Source: Macrostomum lignano
Taxonomy: Eukaryota
Direction: 5' to 3'
DNA: 64,000 bases
NCBI GenBank assembly: GCA_002269645.1
Contig: NIVC01000074.1
Location: 62,001-126,000, forward strand
Shown here piece by piece: positions 35,201 through 44,700 of this stretch. The notes beneath the pieces are model-generated. The model was not told where the DNA came from. It searched no databases and saw only the letters and a program-made list of their open reading frames with translations. How positions within the stretch are numbered: position 1 is the first letter of the stretch; every line of letters begins with the position of its first letter. The position numbers and the translations under genes are program-made.

Positions 35201-38200
35201 ACCGGACGTCGTAGCCGCGAAGTCTCTCGACCCATCGATGAATGCGAAGAGGCCTGTGCCCCATGCCTTTCGAGTCGAGCAGAGTTGTCAGGGCCTTGTG
35301 GTCGGTGCGCAGCGTTACTCGTCTGCCGTATAGATAGTAGTGCCAGCGTTCGATGCTCCATACACAGGCCAGGGCTTCTCGCTCTCCGGCTGAGTATCGC
35401 TTTTCCGCTGGGCTGAGTGCTCTCGATGCGAACGCGATTGGCACCTCTTTTTCGTTTTGTACTTGGCTGAGCACTGCCCCCAGTCCGTCTAGACTTGCAT
35501 CGCAGGTGACGTACGTCTCAGCTTGGCAGTCAAAATGAGCTAACACTGGGCTGCTGGTTACGGCTGACTTGAGTGTACGGAAGGCTGTACGTTCCCGCTC
35601 ACCCCAGTGCCAGTCCGCGTCCTTTTTGAGCAGTTGTCTCAGAGGCTCGGCAATTGCTGAGTAATGTGGTATGAACTTGTGCAAAAAGTTCACTGCCCCG
35701 AGAAACGATTGAATTTGCGCGACCGTTGATGGCTCAGGAATTCTTAGAATTGCGTCGACGTTGCACTTGGTCGGTTTGATGCCGTCTGCAGAGATGACCA
35801 ATCCGAAGAAATCCACGCTCGCCTGCCGGAATTTGCACTTCTCTCGATTGAGTGTGAAGCCTTCGCGATGAATCCGCCCTAGGACTTCTCGGAGGTTCTT
35901 GTCGTGCTCAGTCTCGTCCTTGCCGTGCACCAGGATGTCGTCCACGATGTTGATGGCGCCAGGAGCTCCTCGAAGCACCGTCTGCAGGGCTCGCTGGAAG
36001 GCAGCTCCGGAGCTAGATAGCCCGAATGGCACCACGGTGAACTGGTACAGGCCGGCATCGGTGATGAAGCACGTCAGTCCTCGAGAGTCTGGATGCAGCG
36101 GAATCTGCTGGTAGCCTTGACGCAGGTCCAGCTTGCTGAAGCACTTCGAGCCGTTGATGCTGGCCGATAGGTCCTCGATTGACGGTACCGGATAGCGGTC
36201 CGCGATCACCGCCTTGTTGACCTGCCGCAGATCCACGCAGAGACGAACCTTGTTGGACTCCTTCTTGCGCGTCACGACAACGTTGCTAACCCACTCGGAC
36301 GCGTCGACCTTCTCAATGATGCCCTGTTGCTCCATCCGGCTGATCTCTGACGTCACTTCGTCCTTCAGGCCGATCGGCAGCTTCCGCATTGGCTGAGACA
36401 CTGGCTTGACCGAGGCGTCGATCTTTGTCCGGTGAATGAAGCTCTTGGACCGGCCCAGACCGTCGAAGATTCCGGGGAAGTCGCGCTCGATCGTAGTCTC
36501 GCTGATGCTCATCACTCTGTTGTCACCTTGGAAGATTTTGAATCCGAGGGCCTGAAACAGGTCGCGGCCCAGGATGTTCGCTCCTTTGTCGGCGACGTAG
36601 AATGTGGCTTCTGTCCTGATGCCGTTGAACGTCACTGGAAGCTCGACCTTGCCGATGGTCTTGATCGCAGATCCGCCGTATGCCTCCAGTTTTGTGCTCG
36701 TCGGAAGCAGCGGGTGCCTAGCGAAGGACTTCTTGAACGTCTCCATGTTGAGCAACGAAACGGCAGCACCGCAGTCGATTTGCAGTCGAATCAGCTGTCC
36801 GCCCAGACGGCATTCGCAGAATAAGCTGTCTGTGCTCTTGTTGTTCACGGCCAGGACCGTCAGACTGGACTCTGCAGGCTCTTTGGTGTCGATCGCAGAG
36901 ACCGCTTTCATGCGGCACATTTTCGCGAAATGGTTCGTCTTGCCGCATCGTCTGCATTTCTGGCCCATCGCCTTGCATTCGCCCTTGTGTCCGTGGTTGC
37001 CTCCGCATCGAGTGCACTTTGGACCTGCTGCTGCGGTCTTCTCATGGCGAGCAGCTGGCTTCGGCTTCTTGCTCAGCGCCTTCACGTGGAGCTCTGGGCC
37101 GCTGACCTGCTTGGCATCTCTGATGGCTGCTTCGATTCGCTCAGCCTTCTTGATGGCGTCATCTAGCGTCAGATCGTCCTCCTCCATCAGGAGTCTTTCC
37201 CTAATGCGAGGTACGCAGGTTTTCTCCACAAGTTGGTCTCGAATTATTTCGTCGTGAAAGGTGCCAAATTTGCAGTTTGTTGCCAGTTCTCTCAGGGCCA
37301 TCACGTAGTCTCCGATGCTCTCGCCGTCGTGCTGGGCTCGCTGCCGAAAGGCGAAGCGCTCTGCTATGACGCTTCTCGACGAGCTGAAAATCGCCTTCAG
37401 TGCCGTTTTGGTCTCCTGAAGCGACTTGCTTGCATCGACGTTTGCAGCTCGGCGGCGTCCTTCCTCACCAAGCAGATGCAGGAGGATCGCCTTTTTCCGA
37501 CTCTCTGATGCCTCTTCGAGAGCTCCAGCTACCAGGAAGTTCTCAAATGACTTGATCCACCTTGCCCATGGCACAGGAGGTTCGCCTGGTACTGGTTGAA
37601 ACTCCGCTGGGTACGGGAGTCCGCTCGTCGCCATTTGTTGTGTTCTAGTTGATTGATTAAATTCAATTCAGTTGGAGACACTTGAGTCTCGCTCAATATA
37701 TTTATACTCATGTGCACGTTGAAAACAGTGTTACGCAATCGAAACAACGATACCATGATTGAACGCACGATGCATATAAGGTAATTGAACAATTCTAGCC
37801 TCAAAGTTAGTTAGTTACAACACCTAGGCCCGATGCACAGTCACTACAGATCAGTGTCTAATCAGTGCTTGGATCAGTGTCTAATGAGTGCTTGGATCAG
37901 TGTCTAATCAGTGCTTGGATCAGTGTTTAATCAGTGCTTGGATCAGTGTCTAATCAGTGCTTGGACCAGTGTCTAATCAGTGCTTGGATCAGTGTCTAAT
38001 CAGTGCTTGGATCAGTGTCTAATCAGTGCTTGGATCAGTGTCTAATCAGTGCTTGGATCAGTGTCTAATCAGTGCTTGGATCAGTGTTTAATCAGTGCTT
38101 GGATCAGTGTCTAATCAGTGCTTGGATCAGTGTCTAATCAGTGCTTGAAACAGTGTCTAATCAGTGCTTGGATCAGTGTCTAATCAGTGCTTGGATCAGT

Positions 38201-41200
38201 GTCTAATCAGTGCTTGGATCAGTGTCTAATCAGTGCTTGGATCAGTGTCTAATCAGTGCTTGGATCAGTGTCTAATCAGTGCTTGGACCAGTGTCTAATC
38301 AGTGCTTGGATCAGTGTCTAATCAGTGCTTGGATCAGTGTCTCATCAGTGCTTGGACCAGTGTCTAATCAGTGCTTGGATCAGTGTCTCATCAGTGCTTG
38401 GATCAGTGTCTAATCAATGCTTGGATCAGTGTCTCATCAGTGCTTGGACCAGTGTCTAATCAGTGCTTGGACCAGTGTCTAATCAGTGCTTGAACCAGTG
38501 TCTAATCAGTGCTTGGATCAGTGTCTAATCAGTGCTTGGACCAGTGTCTAATCAGTGCTTGGATCAGTGTCTAATCAGTGCTTGGACCAGTGTCTAATCA
38601 GTGCTTGGATCAGTGTCTAATCTGCCTCCAACTAACCTACTTAGATATGGAGAGAACACCTGGCCCAATACGCGGAGAGGGAGGCAAACGAACTGTGCTA
38701 CATTGTGCACCAGACTGACACGGTCTGGTATATAAAAATGGGCGACTCTTGGCTAAGCTACCAGACAACAGAGAACGTGCTGCCCACCGCCTGGCAGATT
38801 GTGGACGCTTGGCACTCTACCGGACGAAGCTACCGTAGTACGGGCGCCTGCTCAGGCGAAAACACGAACTGCCAACCATATCTGCAGATCATGAGCGACA
38901 AATTGGATAGTCTCGGCTGCGCTTATTATCTTTGTCATGGAGTGCACACTTTTGTGTGCTATTATTCGCATAAGTTAGCTGGGGAGAAGTACTTCTTGAT
39001 TGTGGCTTGGCCTCAGTGTTTTTGGTTGGCAATGTTGATATTGGATTAGGATGATTTAAGGTTGGGTATAAGAAGTTAGGGGTTTTCGTAGGTGGTTGAC
39101 GTGTCTTAGGGGTGAGGGTTGGCGTGTTTTATAGGGGTTGGCGTGTTTTATAGGGGTTGGCGTCTTTTATGGGTTTGGCGTGTTTTTTGGGGGCGGGGGT
39201 CGTCGTGTTTTATACGAGCTGGTGCTGATGTGTTTCATAAGGTTTGGCGTGTTGTGTGGCTTTGGTGTGTTACGCCGGGGTTTTGTGTGTCTTATGGGAT
39301 TTGGTACGGGTGGTGTTTTTTATCGGCGTTGGCATGTTTTATAGGTTGTGTTTTACCGTGAGTTGACGTATTTTTTGGGGCAGGCGGCGTTTATTCATAG
39401 GTATTGTGAATTTACTATTTTTATATTTTTGATGAGTGATTCATGCAATTTGTTCATATTTACAAACTTTAATTACTTTAATTACTTTAGGGCCGCAGTG
39501 CATGGCAGTCGGGTCTACGCCGTAGGCGAGCCGTGCAGCGCCTGTCCCAACAGCTTGCCACTCTGCTTGAACAATCTGTGCATCGATAAAATGATAGTCA
39601 GAGACCCGACGGTACCGGTTTACAAAGGATCCGACTCTAGCCAGAGACCATGTAAGAATTTGTTTGCTTATCTTGTGATATAGTCCATCCGGAATCGCCA
39701 AGAAAACATGCTCAACACCACATAAAACACGCCAACCAACACGCGCACGCCAAACCCTCCCCCAACACGTGCAATTATGTCACCCCAGCTCCTCCCACAC
39801 GCGCACGCCAACCTTTCCCCCAACACGCGCACGCCAACCCCTCCCCCAACACGTGCAATTAAGTCACCCCAGCATGCCAACCCCTCCCCCAACATGTGCA
39901 AGTCACCCTTCTCCAACACGCGCACGACAATCCCTCCTCCAACACGCACACGCCAACCCCTCCCCGAACACGCGCAAGTCGACGCTTTCACTAAACAAAC
40001 ACACCAAAATTACCTAAAGCACCTAATTCGAAGTATAAAAATCGCCATAGTAGCGAAGGGCTTATTGGGTTAGCATAGTTTAAGGCTTGGTATGATTTTT
40101 AAAAGACGGTGTTTCATGGGTGGTTGGCGTTTATTATGGTTTTTGGTGTGCTTTATGGTGAGTTGTTGTGTTTTATTTATGGGGTTTAGCGTGTTGTATG
40201 GGTTTGGTGTTTGGGGGGTTGGTGTGTTGTATCGTGATTGGCGTGTTTCATATGGACGTTTGGCGTTTTACAGTGCGTTGACGTATTGTATGATGGGGCA
40301 GACGGCGTGTGTTGCTGGCCGAGCAACTGAGGATGAGGATCTGAGAGGCATGTACATGTACGTACCAGTTTCTCTAACATGTATATTCCATGCGTAACCG
40401 GCAGTCTGCACAAGAGACTGCGAAACCTGTGAGCAGCGTCTCATCGGTCAGTGTCGTAGATGCGACTGCAGCAACGGCGGCACCCGTCGGCCGGAGGCGA
40501 CGCCATCGAATTGCAGGTGCACCTGTCCGATCGGATACTTCGGCCGGCAGTGCCAGGTGACTTTGGCCCGGTATAAAAACAGCGTTGCGCTGCGACTGGG
40601 GGTGCGCGGGCCTGGCAAGCTGTCCATGTCGCTGGTGAGTTTACTTGGGCTTATTTTCTATTATTTTCTATTATTTTCTATTATTTTCTATTTTTTTATT
40701 TATTAGTTCGAGTGAGCCCATAATTTAGCATGCATAATGCATAGCCACCGTTTAGCTGGTACATTTAACTAATTCGGTTTGGTACCTCAAGATCTGAGAA
40801 ACTGACGATCTGAAAGGGGGAAGTGGCCCAGCAACTGAGGATGGAGTTGGGAGGCTGGCCCAGCAACGAGGATGGAGTTGGGAGGCTGGCCCAGCAACTG
40901 ACACTTTGGGAGGCTGGCCCAGTAACTAACACTCTGGGAGGCTGGCCCAGCAACTGAGGATGGAGTTGGGAGGCTGGCCCAGCAACTGACACTCTGGGAG
41001 GCTGGCCCAGTAACCAACACTCTGGGAGGCTGGCCTAGCAACTAAGGATCTGGGAAGGCCCAGCAACTGAGGATCTGGGAGGCTGACGATTGCCCAGTCT
41101 TATATATATGAATGTATATAAGTAGCAAATATTTTAATATTTATTTTAATCTCGTATGAGTTTCGAGTCTATACATAAAGAACTGCATGGCTTCTAACTC

Positions 41201-42614
41201 TCACGCCTGCCTACACAGTTTCACTCGGTGCTGTGGAGAAGTCTTCAGACCCTTCTATCGTTGTCGGTGAACAGCTTCTGCAGAAGCCACGCGAGTCGCT
41301 ACAAAATGTGCTGCCCAGACAAGAGTTACAGTTCCTTAGTATCCACCTCGACCGCTAAGTTTGTAGATACAAACTGGTTCATACAGGAACCGGATCTGCT
41401 TCAGCAGAATCAGAACGGCGAACTTATGGTGTACGTCCGGGCGGCTATGGTCAGTGCAATACAGGACCCTGTGCTCTGCTACCATTCGGATAAGCTGAAC
41501 CCGAAGACCAATCCGCCAAGCTGTGAGGAGTTGAAAGTTAAATTTCTGCTATTTTCTTGATTGTTGATTTAAAGATCAATGAGTATTAAGCGGCTTACTT
41601 AGAAGTCAAGGGGCATGGCGGCTCATTTAGAGATTAACGGGTATGTGGCCGGTTAATTAAAGGATCAAGAAGAGGATTACCTGTTGAAGACATTACACAG
41701 TGACTAGAATCGCAATTCGACGGAGAGGCGACCTACTGTTGAGTCACAAGCGTACATGTATTACGTGAGTTGTAGATTTGCAAGAGTCGCGAAATGTTTG
41801 TTTAAGAGTCGTCGTGTTGTATTGGCGCATAACTTACTTTCTGCTAACTCAAGCAGACGAAACGGAATTGTTATAGATGCGAAATGTGATTCTACAATAA
41901 TGCATACAGTGACGCAGATGCGCTTTAGAAGCAACTCCTGTGATCCTACAGTGACTCCAGTCTCCAGCACGCCATAGATACGACTCCAAGCCCATAGTCA
42001 CTTGGGTCGCCCCAGTCGCAGACAATAAAACGCCTCAAATTTACTCTTAGGCGACACTTTGACGACTAACCCCGCGACTTGTACCGTGATGCCCTCGTAT
42101 CTTGTCGTTTTAGAGTCGTCTAGAGACACATCTTTACCATTTTACGTATGTCATGTTACCTGGAACGACTCTGGGGCGACGCAAGTGACTCCAGGACGCA
42201 ATTTTGGCTAGGTACCGTTTTCATCGGATCGGGGTCCGCATTCTTATACATGAACTCTCGTTTTAAAAGAACACCGGGTTACCTTAATATAAAAAAACAA
42301 TTTCTTTAATTAAGTAAAACCTTGTAAAAATTGCATTCTAAATAAAGTTGCACAACCCATACCGTACTACAGCGGACAAAGACCCGGAGCACATTCCTCC
42401 CTATCTGATTCAAGAGGCCATTCGGAGTAGTAAAAGCTGGATCAATGAGCAGCTGTCTGCGTGTTGTGAGAACGCAGTTATAAAAGAATTTCATGTACTG
42501 GCAATCGTAACCGCTGGAGGGCCGAGAACTACAGGTGGCAACACAGGTACCGGATGGATGCGATCCATGGCCATGGCTGTAGTAACAGGATTAGTCACAT
42601 TTCTTTATATGTAA
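20242..42614 (+). CDS. CAP-C: 6-exon CAP/SCP + hinge + 1 EGF-like + conserved unknown domain + GPI/TM tail; exons 20242-20412, 38645-38973, 39491-39651, 40405-40634, 41219-41522, 42373-42614
   Basis: Signal peptide; HNRFRELAYPTASRMLYL|IWREHLAQYAE; DAWHS; YLQIMSDKLDSLGCAYYLC..FVCYY; YAVGEPCSACP..CLNNLC; CSNGG..CRCTCPIGYFGRQC; FHSVLW..SFCRSHASRYKMCC; tail SMAMAVVTGLVTFLYM*. Junctions GT-AG, phases 0,2,1,0,1. The start could be Met 20257. Confidence 0.82.
20430..33525. repeat. 23-bp satellite (ATCAGTGTCTA + ATCAGTGCTTGG), left arm, in CAP-C intron 1
   Basis: About 13.1 kb tandem array; monomer is a dimer of related 11- and 12-bp subunits. Confidence 0.99.
33697..34500 (-). CDS. Integrase catalytic core and C-terminus, separated from Pol by a 1-nt frameshift at ~34496-34498
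   Basis: PKMLISDNGPQFVS..YPQGNGGVERFNRSLK..YRTSQHALTGLTPAELMIGRKLR; adding one G to the run at 34496-34498 gives LFGRWGVPKMLISDNG. Confidence 0.9.
   Translation of the reverse strand: MGVPKMLISDNGPQFVSDEFEEFLRAEGIKHSRVSRYYPQGNGGVERFNRSLKEGLAANLRAGAKFEDAIDLVLKTYRTSQHALTGLTPAELMIGRKLRSGLQLLRPTPVQQRDDSDLRDAIIERQAKNADYTNKRRRARDSTLQAGDWVWRQTPHRAHKLATRLKEPLKIASKAGRNTFVLSDGTKWQASRLVKCNSPPADNGAADQEDDWFDLPLPPAPPPRTGEPPPPPELRRSTRARRQPARYPLPEGGECSDCASGLGVVTN
34479..37634 (-). CDS. Gag-Pol polyprotein (gag with two CCHC knuckles, aspartic protease, RT, RNase H, integrase N-terminal part)
   Basis: CTRCGGNH..C and CRRCGKTNH..C; LQIDCGAAVS; LCVDLRQVN, KLDLRQGYQQ, PFGLSSSG, IVDDILVHG; TCDAS..GLGAVL, YSAGEREALA, TDHKAL; H..H..C..C zinc finger; IDIFG. 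Confidence 0.95.
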   Translation of the reverse strand: MATSGLPYPAEFQPVPGEPPVPWARWIKSFENFLVAGALEEASESRKKAILLHLLGEEGRRRAANVDASKSLQETKTALKAIFSSSRSVIAERFAFRQRAQHDGESIGDYVMALRELATNCKFGTFHDEIIRDQLVEKTCVPRIRERLLMEEDDLTLDDAIKKAERIEAAIRDAKQVSGPELHVKALSKKPKPAARHEKTAAAGPKCTRCGGNHGHKGECKAMGQKCRRCGKTNHFAKMCRMKAVSAIDTKEPAESSLTVLAVNNKSTDSLFCECRLGGQLIRLQIDCGAAVSLLNMETFKKSFARHPLLPTSTKLEAYGGSAIKTIGKVELPVTFNGIRTEATFYVADKGANILGRDLFQALGFKIFQGDNRVMSISETTIERDFPGIFDGLGRSKSFIHRTKIDASVKPVSQPMRKLPIGLKDEVTSEISRMEQQGIIEKVDASEWVSNVVVTRKKESNKVRLCVDLRQVNKAVIADRYPVPSIEDLSASINGSKCFSKLDLRQGYQQIPLHPDSRGLTCFITDAGLYQFTVVPFGLSSSGAAFQRALQTVLRGAPGAINIVDDILVHGKDETEHDKNLREVLGRIHREGFTLNREKCKFRQASVDFFGLVISADGIKPTKCNVDAILRIPEPSTVAQIQSFLGAVNFLHKFIPHYSAIAEPLRQLLKKDADWHWGERERTAFRTLKSAVTSSPVLAHFDCQAETYVTCDASLDGLGAVLSQVQNEKEVPIAFASRALSPAEKRYSAGEREALACVWSIERWHYYLYGRRVTLRTDHKALTTLLDSKGMGHRPLRIHRWVERLRGYDVRFEHIPGADNKCADMLSRWATTERVPAEETDEEGYVYAVVDSKTTLTADALATATKEDEVLQAVLQYISGGWPTKVDSSLKPYFNVRDELFCWNNGQCLGRGERAIIPTSLRLQVIEEAHEGHPGVVRSKQRCRDTVWFPGIDRQVEDYVKNCTACTLAEKSGKPQQTIVTPIEWPDGPWDKVEIDIFGEVAAAPRHQRFLLVIHDLYSKWPEIAAMETVTSANIIKTLRKLFGRWESRRC
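37849..38622. repeat. 23-bp satellite, right arm
   Basis: Same unit; resumes in register after the TSD and ends just before the branch-point-like CTAAC and acceptor of CAP-C exon 2. Confidence 0.99.
39100..40300. repeat. Degenerate GT-rich / CA-rich repeats in alternating orientation in CAP-C introns 2 and 3
   Basis: GGTTGGCGTGTTTTAT-type units at ~39100-39400 and ~40100-40290; reverse-complement units (ATAAAACACGCCAACC, CCAACACGCGCACG) at ~39710-40010. Confidence 0.75.
40824..41090. repeat. 28-32-bp minisatellite GGGAGGCTGGCCCAGCAACTGA.. (CAP-C intron 4)
   Basis: About 8 variable copies. Confidence 0.9.
41996..42190. mobile_element. Possible small MITE in CAP-C intron 5
   Basis: AGTCACTTGGGTCGCCCCAG versus CTGGGGCGACGCAAGTGACT, 20-bp inverted repeat with 1 mismatch. 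Confidence 0.4.
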
Positions 42615-42707
42615 AGTAACCTTTTGAATACTTATTTTTTATCATTTCTCTCAAGTAAATTTATAACAAATCAGACTCTCTGTTAAGTTGTCGACGAAGG
42701 ATTAAAG

Positions 42708-43335
42708 GTGCGATTGTAGCCTCCAAATTAAGAATTGTCGGTCCGGTGAAACATCAAAGGGTAAGATTGTAGCCTCGAAATTTAAAATTGTCGGTCCGGT
42801 GAAACATCAAAGGGTAAGATTTTAGCTTCCAAATTTAGAATTGTCGGTCCGGTAAAACATCAAAGGGTACGATTGTAGCTTCCAAATTTAAAATTGTCGG
42901 TCCGGTAAAACATCAAAGGGTACGATTGTAGCTTCCAAATTTAAAATTGTCGGTCCGGTGAAACATCAAAGGGTACGATTGTAGCCTCCAAATTTAGAAT
43001 TGTCGGTCCGGTGAAACATCAAAGGGTACGATTGTAGCCTCCAAATTTAGAATTGTCGGTCCGGTGAAACATCAAAGGGTAAGATTGTAGCTTCCAAATT
43101 TAAAATTGTCGGTCCGGTAAAACATCAAAGGGTAAGATTGTAGCTTCCAAATTTAGAATTGTCGGTCCGGTGAAACATCAAAGGGTAAGATTTTAGCTTC
43201 CAAATTTAGAATTGTCGGTCCGGTAAAACATCAAAGGGTAAGATTGTAGCTTCCAAATTTAAAATTGTCGGTCCGGTAAAACATCAAAGGGTACGATTGT
43301 AGCCTCCAAATTTAAAATTGTCGGCCCGATGAAAC
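42708..43335. repeat. 53-bp intergenic minisatellite (GATTGTAGCCTCCAAATTTAGAATTGTCGGTCCGGTGAAACATCAAAGGGTAC)
   Basis: About 12 copies, period 53. Confidence 0.95.
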
Positions 43336-44189
43336 AACAAAAAAGGTTCATAAAAGTTAATTTAAGGCCTCCAATTTCTGAAACAGGAGTATGTAGACAA
43401 AGAAAAAGCTGGTTTTTGTCGCATTTTTTCTGCACACAGAAAAAAATATAGAAAGTTTGCTTAGCTTTTGGATGAAATGTCAATAACCTTATTATCTTAT
43501 TTGAAAGGTTAAATATAAACAAACAGGTGTGTGTGTACTTACCTTATTTACTTGATAAAGGTAACTCAAGAAACAAAAATAACTTCTGATTTTTGTTTTG
43601 ATTTTTTTAAAAGATCTTTTTTGCACCATCTGAAGTCTTCTGTGCGAGTGAAATTTCCAATTATATTTTATTTACATATCGATGAATGAAAAATCATTTT
43701 GAATTGTTTAGTTTTATCAATAAGATTATTTCAAGATAAGATTCGTAAGATTCTTAAGTCTAGAAATAAATTAGCTATCAAATACTTGCAGACACGCTCG
43801 TGTATAAGAGTACGATTCTATTTTTAACAAATTGATCAAAACTTAGCAGGCAAAGCTTTAATCACAGAAGCAATCGCTAGAAAAAATAGTGAAAATTGCT
43901 CATAATTGGCTTCAAATACAAATTAATACATAGAGTATATTGTAGACAAAAATAAATTGATTAAATAGTTTAACAGTACACGAATTGCTTCATTTGGCTT
44001 GAATATCATATTTGCGTGAATATTTAATACACAGGCTATTGAAAACTGATCAAAAACATATGGGAAGATCATCAGGATTAAAGACAGCTCAAGTAGGATG
44101 AGGAAACTCCGTTTCTGGAACTTATTTTTTTAGACAACTCTTCCAAGATACTCCCTAAGAGTATTCGACCTGCTTTCAGTAAAGACGTT

Positions 44190-44700
44190 TTGTTTTCTAA
44201 GGAACGAGGTTCCCGTGTTTCTACTAAACATTCTGTTTTCTAAGGAAAGAGATTCCCGTGTTTCTACTGAACATTCTGTTTTCTAAGGAACGAGGTTCTC
44301 GTGTTTCTACTAAACATTCTGTTTTCTAAGGAACGAGGTTCTCGTGTTTCTACTAAACATTCTGTTTTCTAAGGAACGAGGTTCCCGTGTTTCTACTAAA
44401 CATTCTGTTTTCTAAGAAACGAGGTTCCCGTGTTTCTACTAAACATTCTGTTTTCTAAGAAACGAGGTTCCCGTGTTTCTACTAAACATTCTGTTTTCTA
44501 AGGAACGAGGTTCCCGTGTTTCTACTAAACATTCTGTTTTCTAAGGAACGAGGTTCCCGTGTTTCTACTAAACATTCTGTTTTCTAAGAAACGAGGTTCC
44601 CGTGTTTCTACTAAACATTCTGTTTTCTAAGAAACGAGGTTCCCGTGTTTCTACTAAACATTCTGTTTTCTAAGAAACGAGGTTCCCGTGTTTCTACTAA
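44190..44700. repeat. 43-bp intergenic minisatellite (TTCTAAGGAACGAGGTTCCCGTGTTTCTACTAAACATTCTGTT)
   Basis: About 12 copies, period 43. Confidence 0.95.

Larger units (their letters stand above)
33526..37848 (-). mobile_element. Full-length Ty3/gypsy LTR retrotransposon (Mag-like), 4323 bp, very recent insertion
   Basis: Two identical 213-bp TG..CA LTRs (33526-33738, 37636-37848); 5-bp TSD GATCA (33521-33525, 37849-37853); PBS TGGCGACGAG matching the tRNA-Ser(GCU) 3' end; PPT GGAAGGGGGAGAA; domain order gag-PR-RT-RH-IN. Confidence 0.98.

Noticed and set aside
33723-37508. Plus-strand ORFs over the retrotransposon
   Set aside because: Antisense shadows of the GC-rich gag-pol ORF
20430-38622. 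CRISPR-like array or telomeric repeat
   Set aside because: No unique spacers and no cas genes; eukaryotic intronic context; the unit is not a telomere motif
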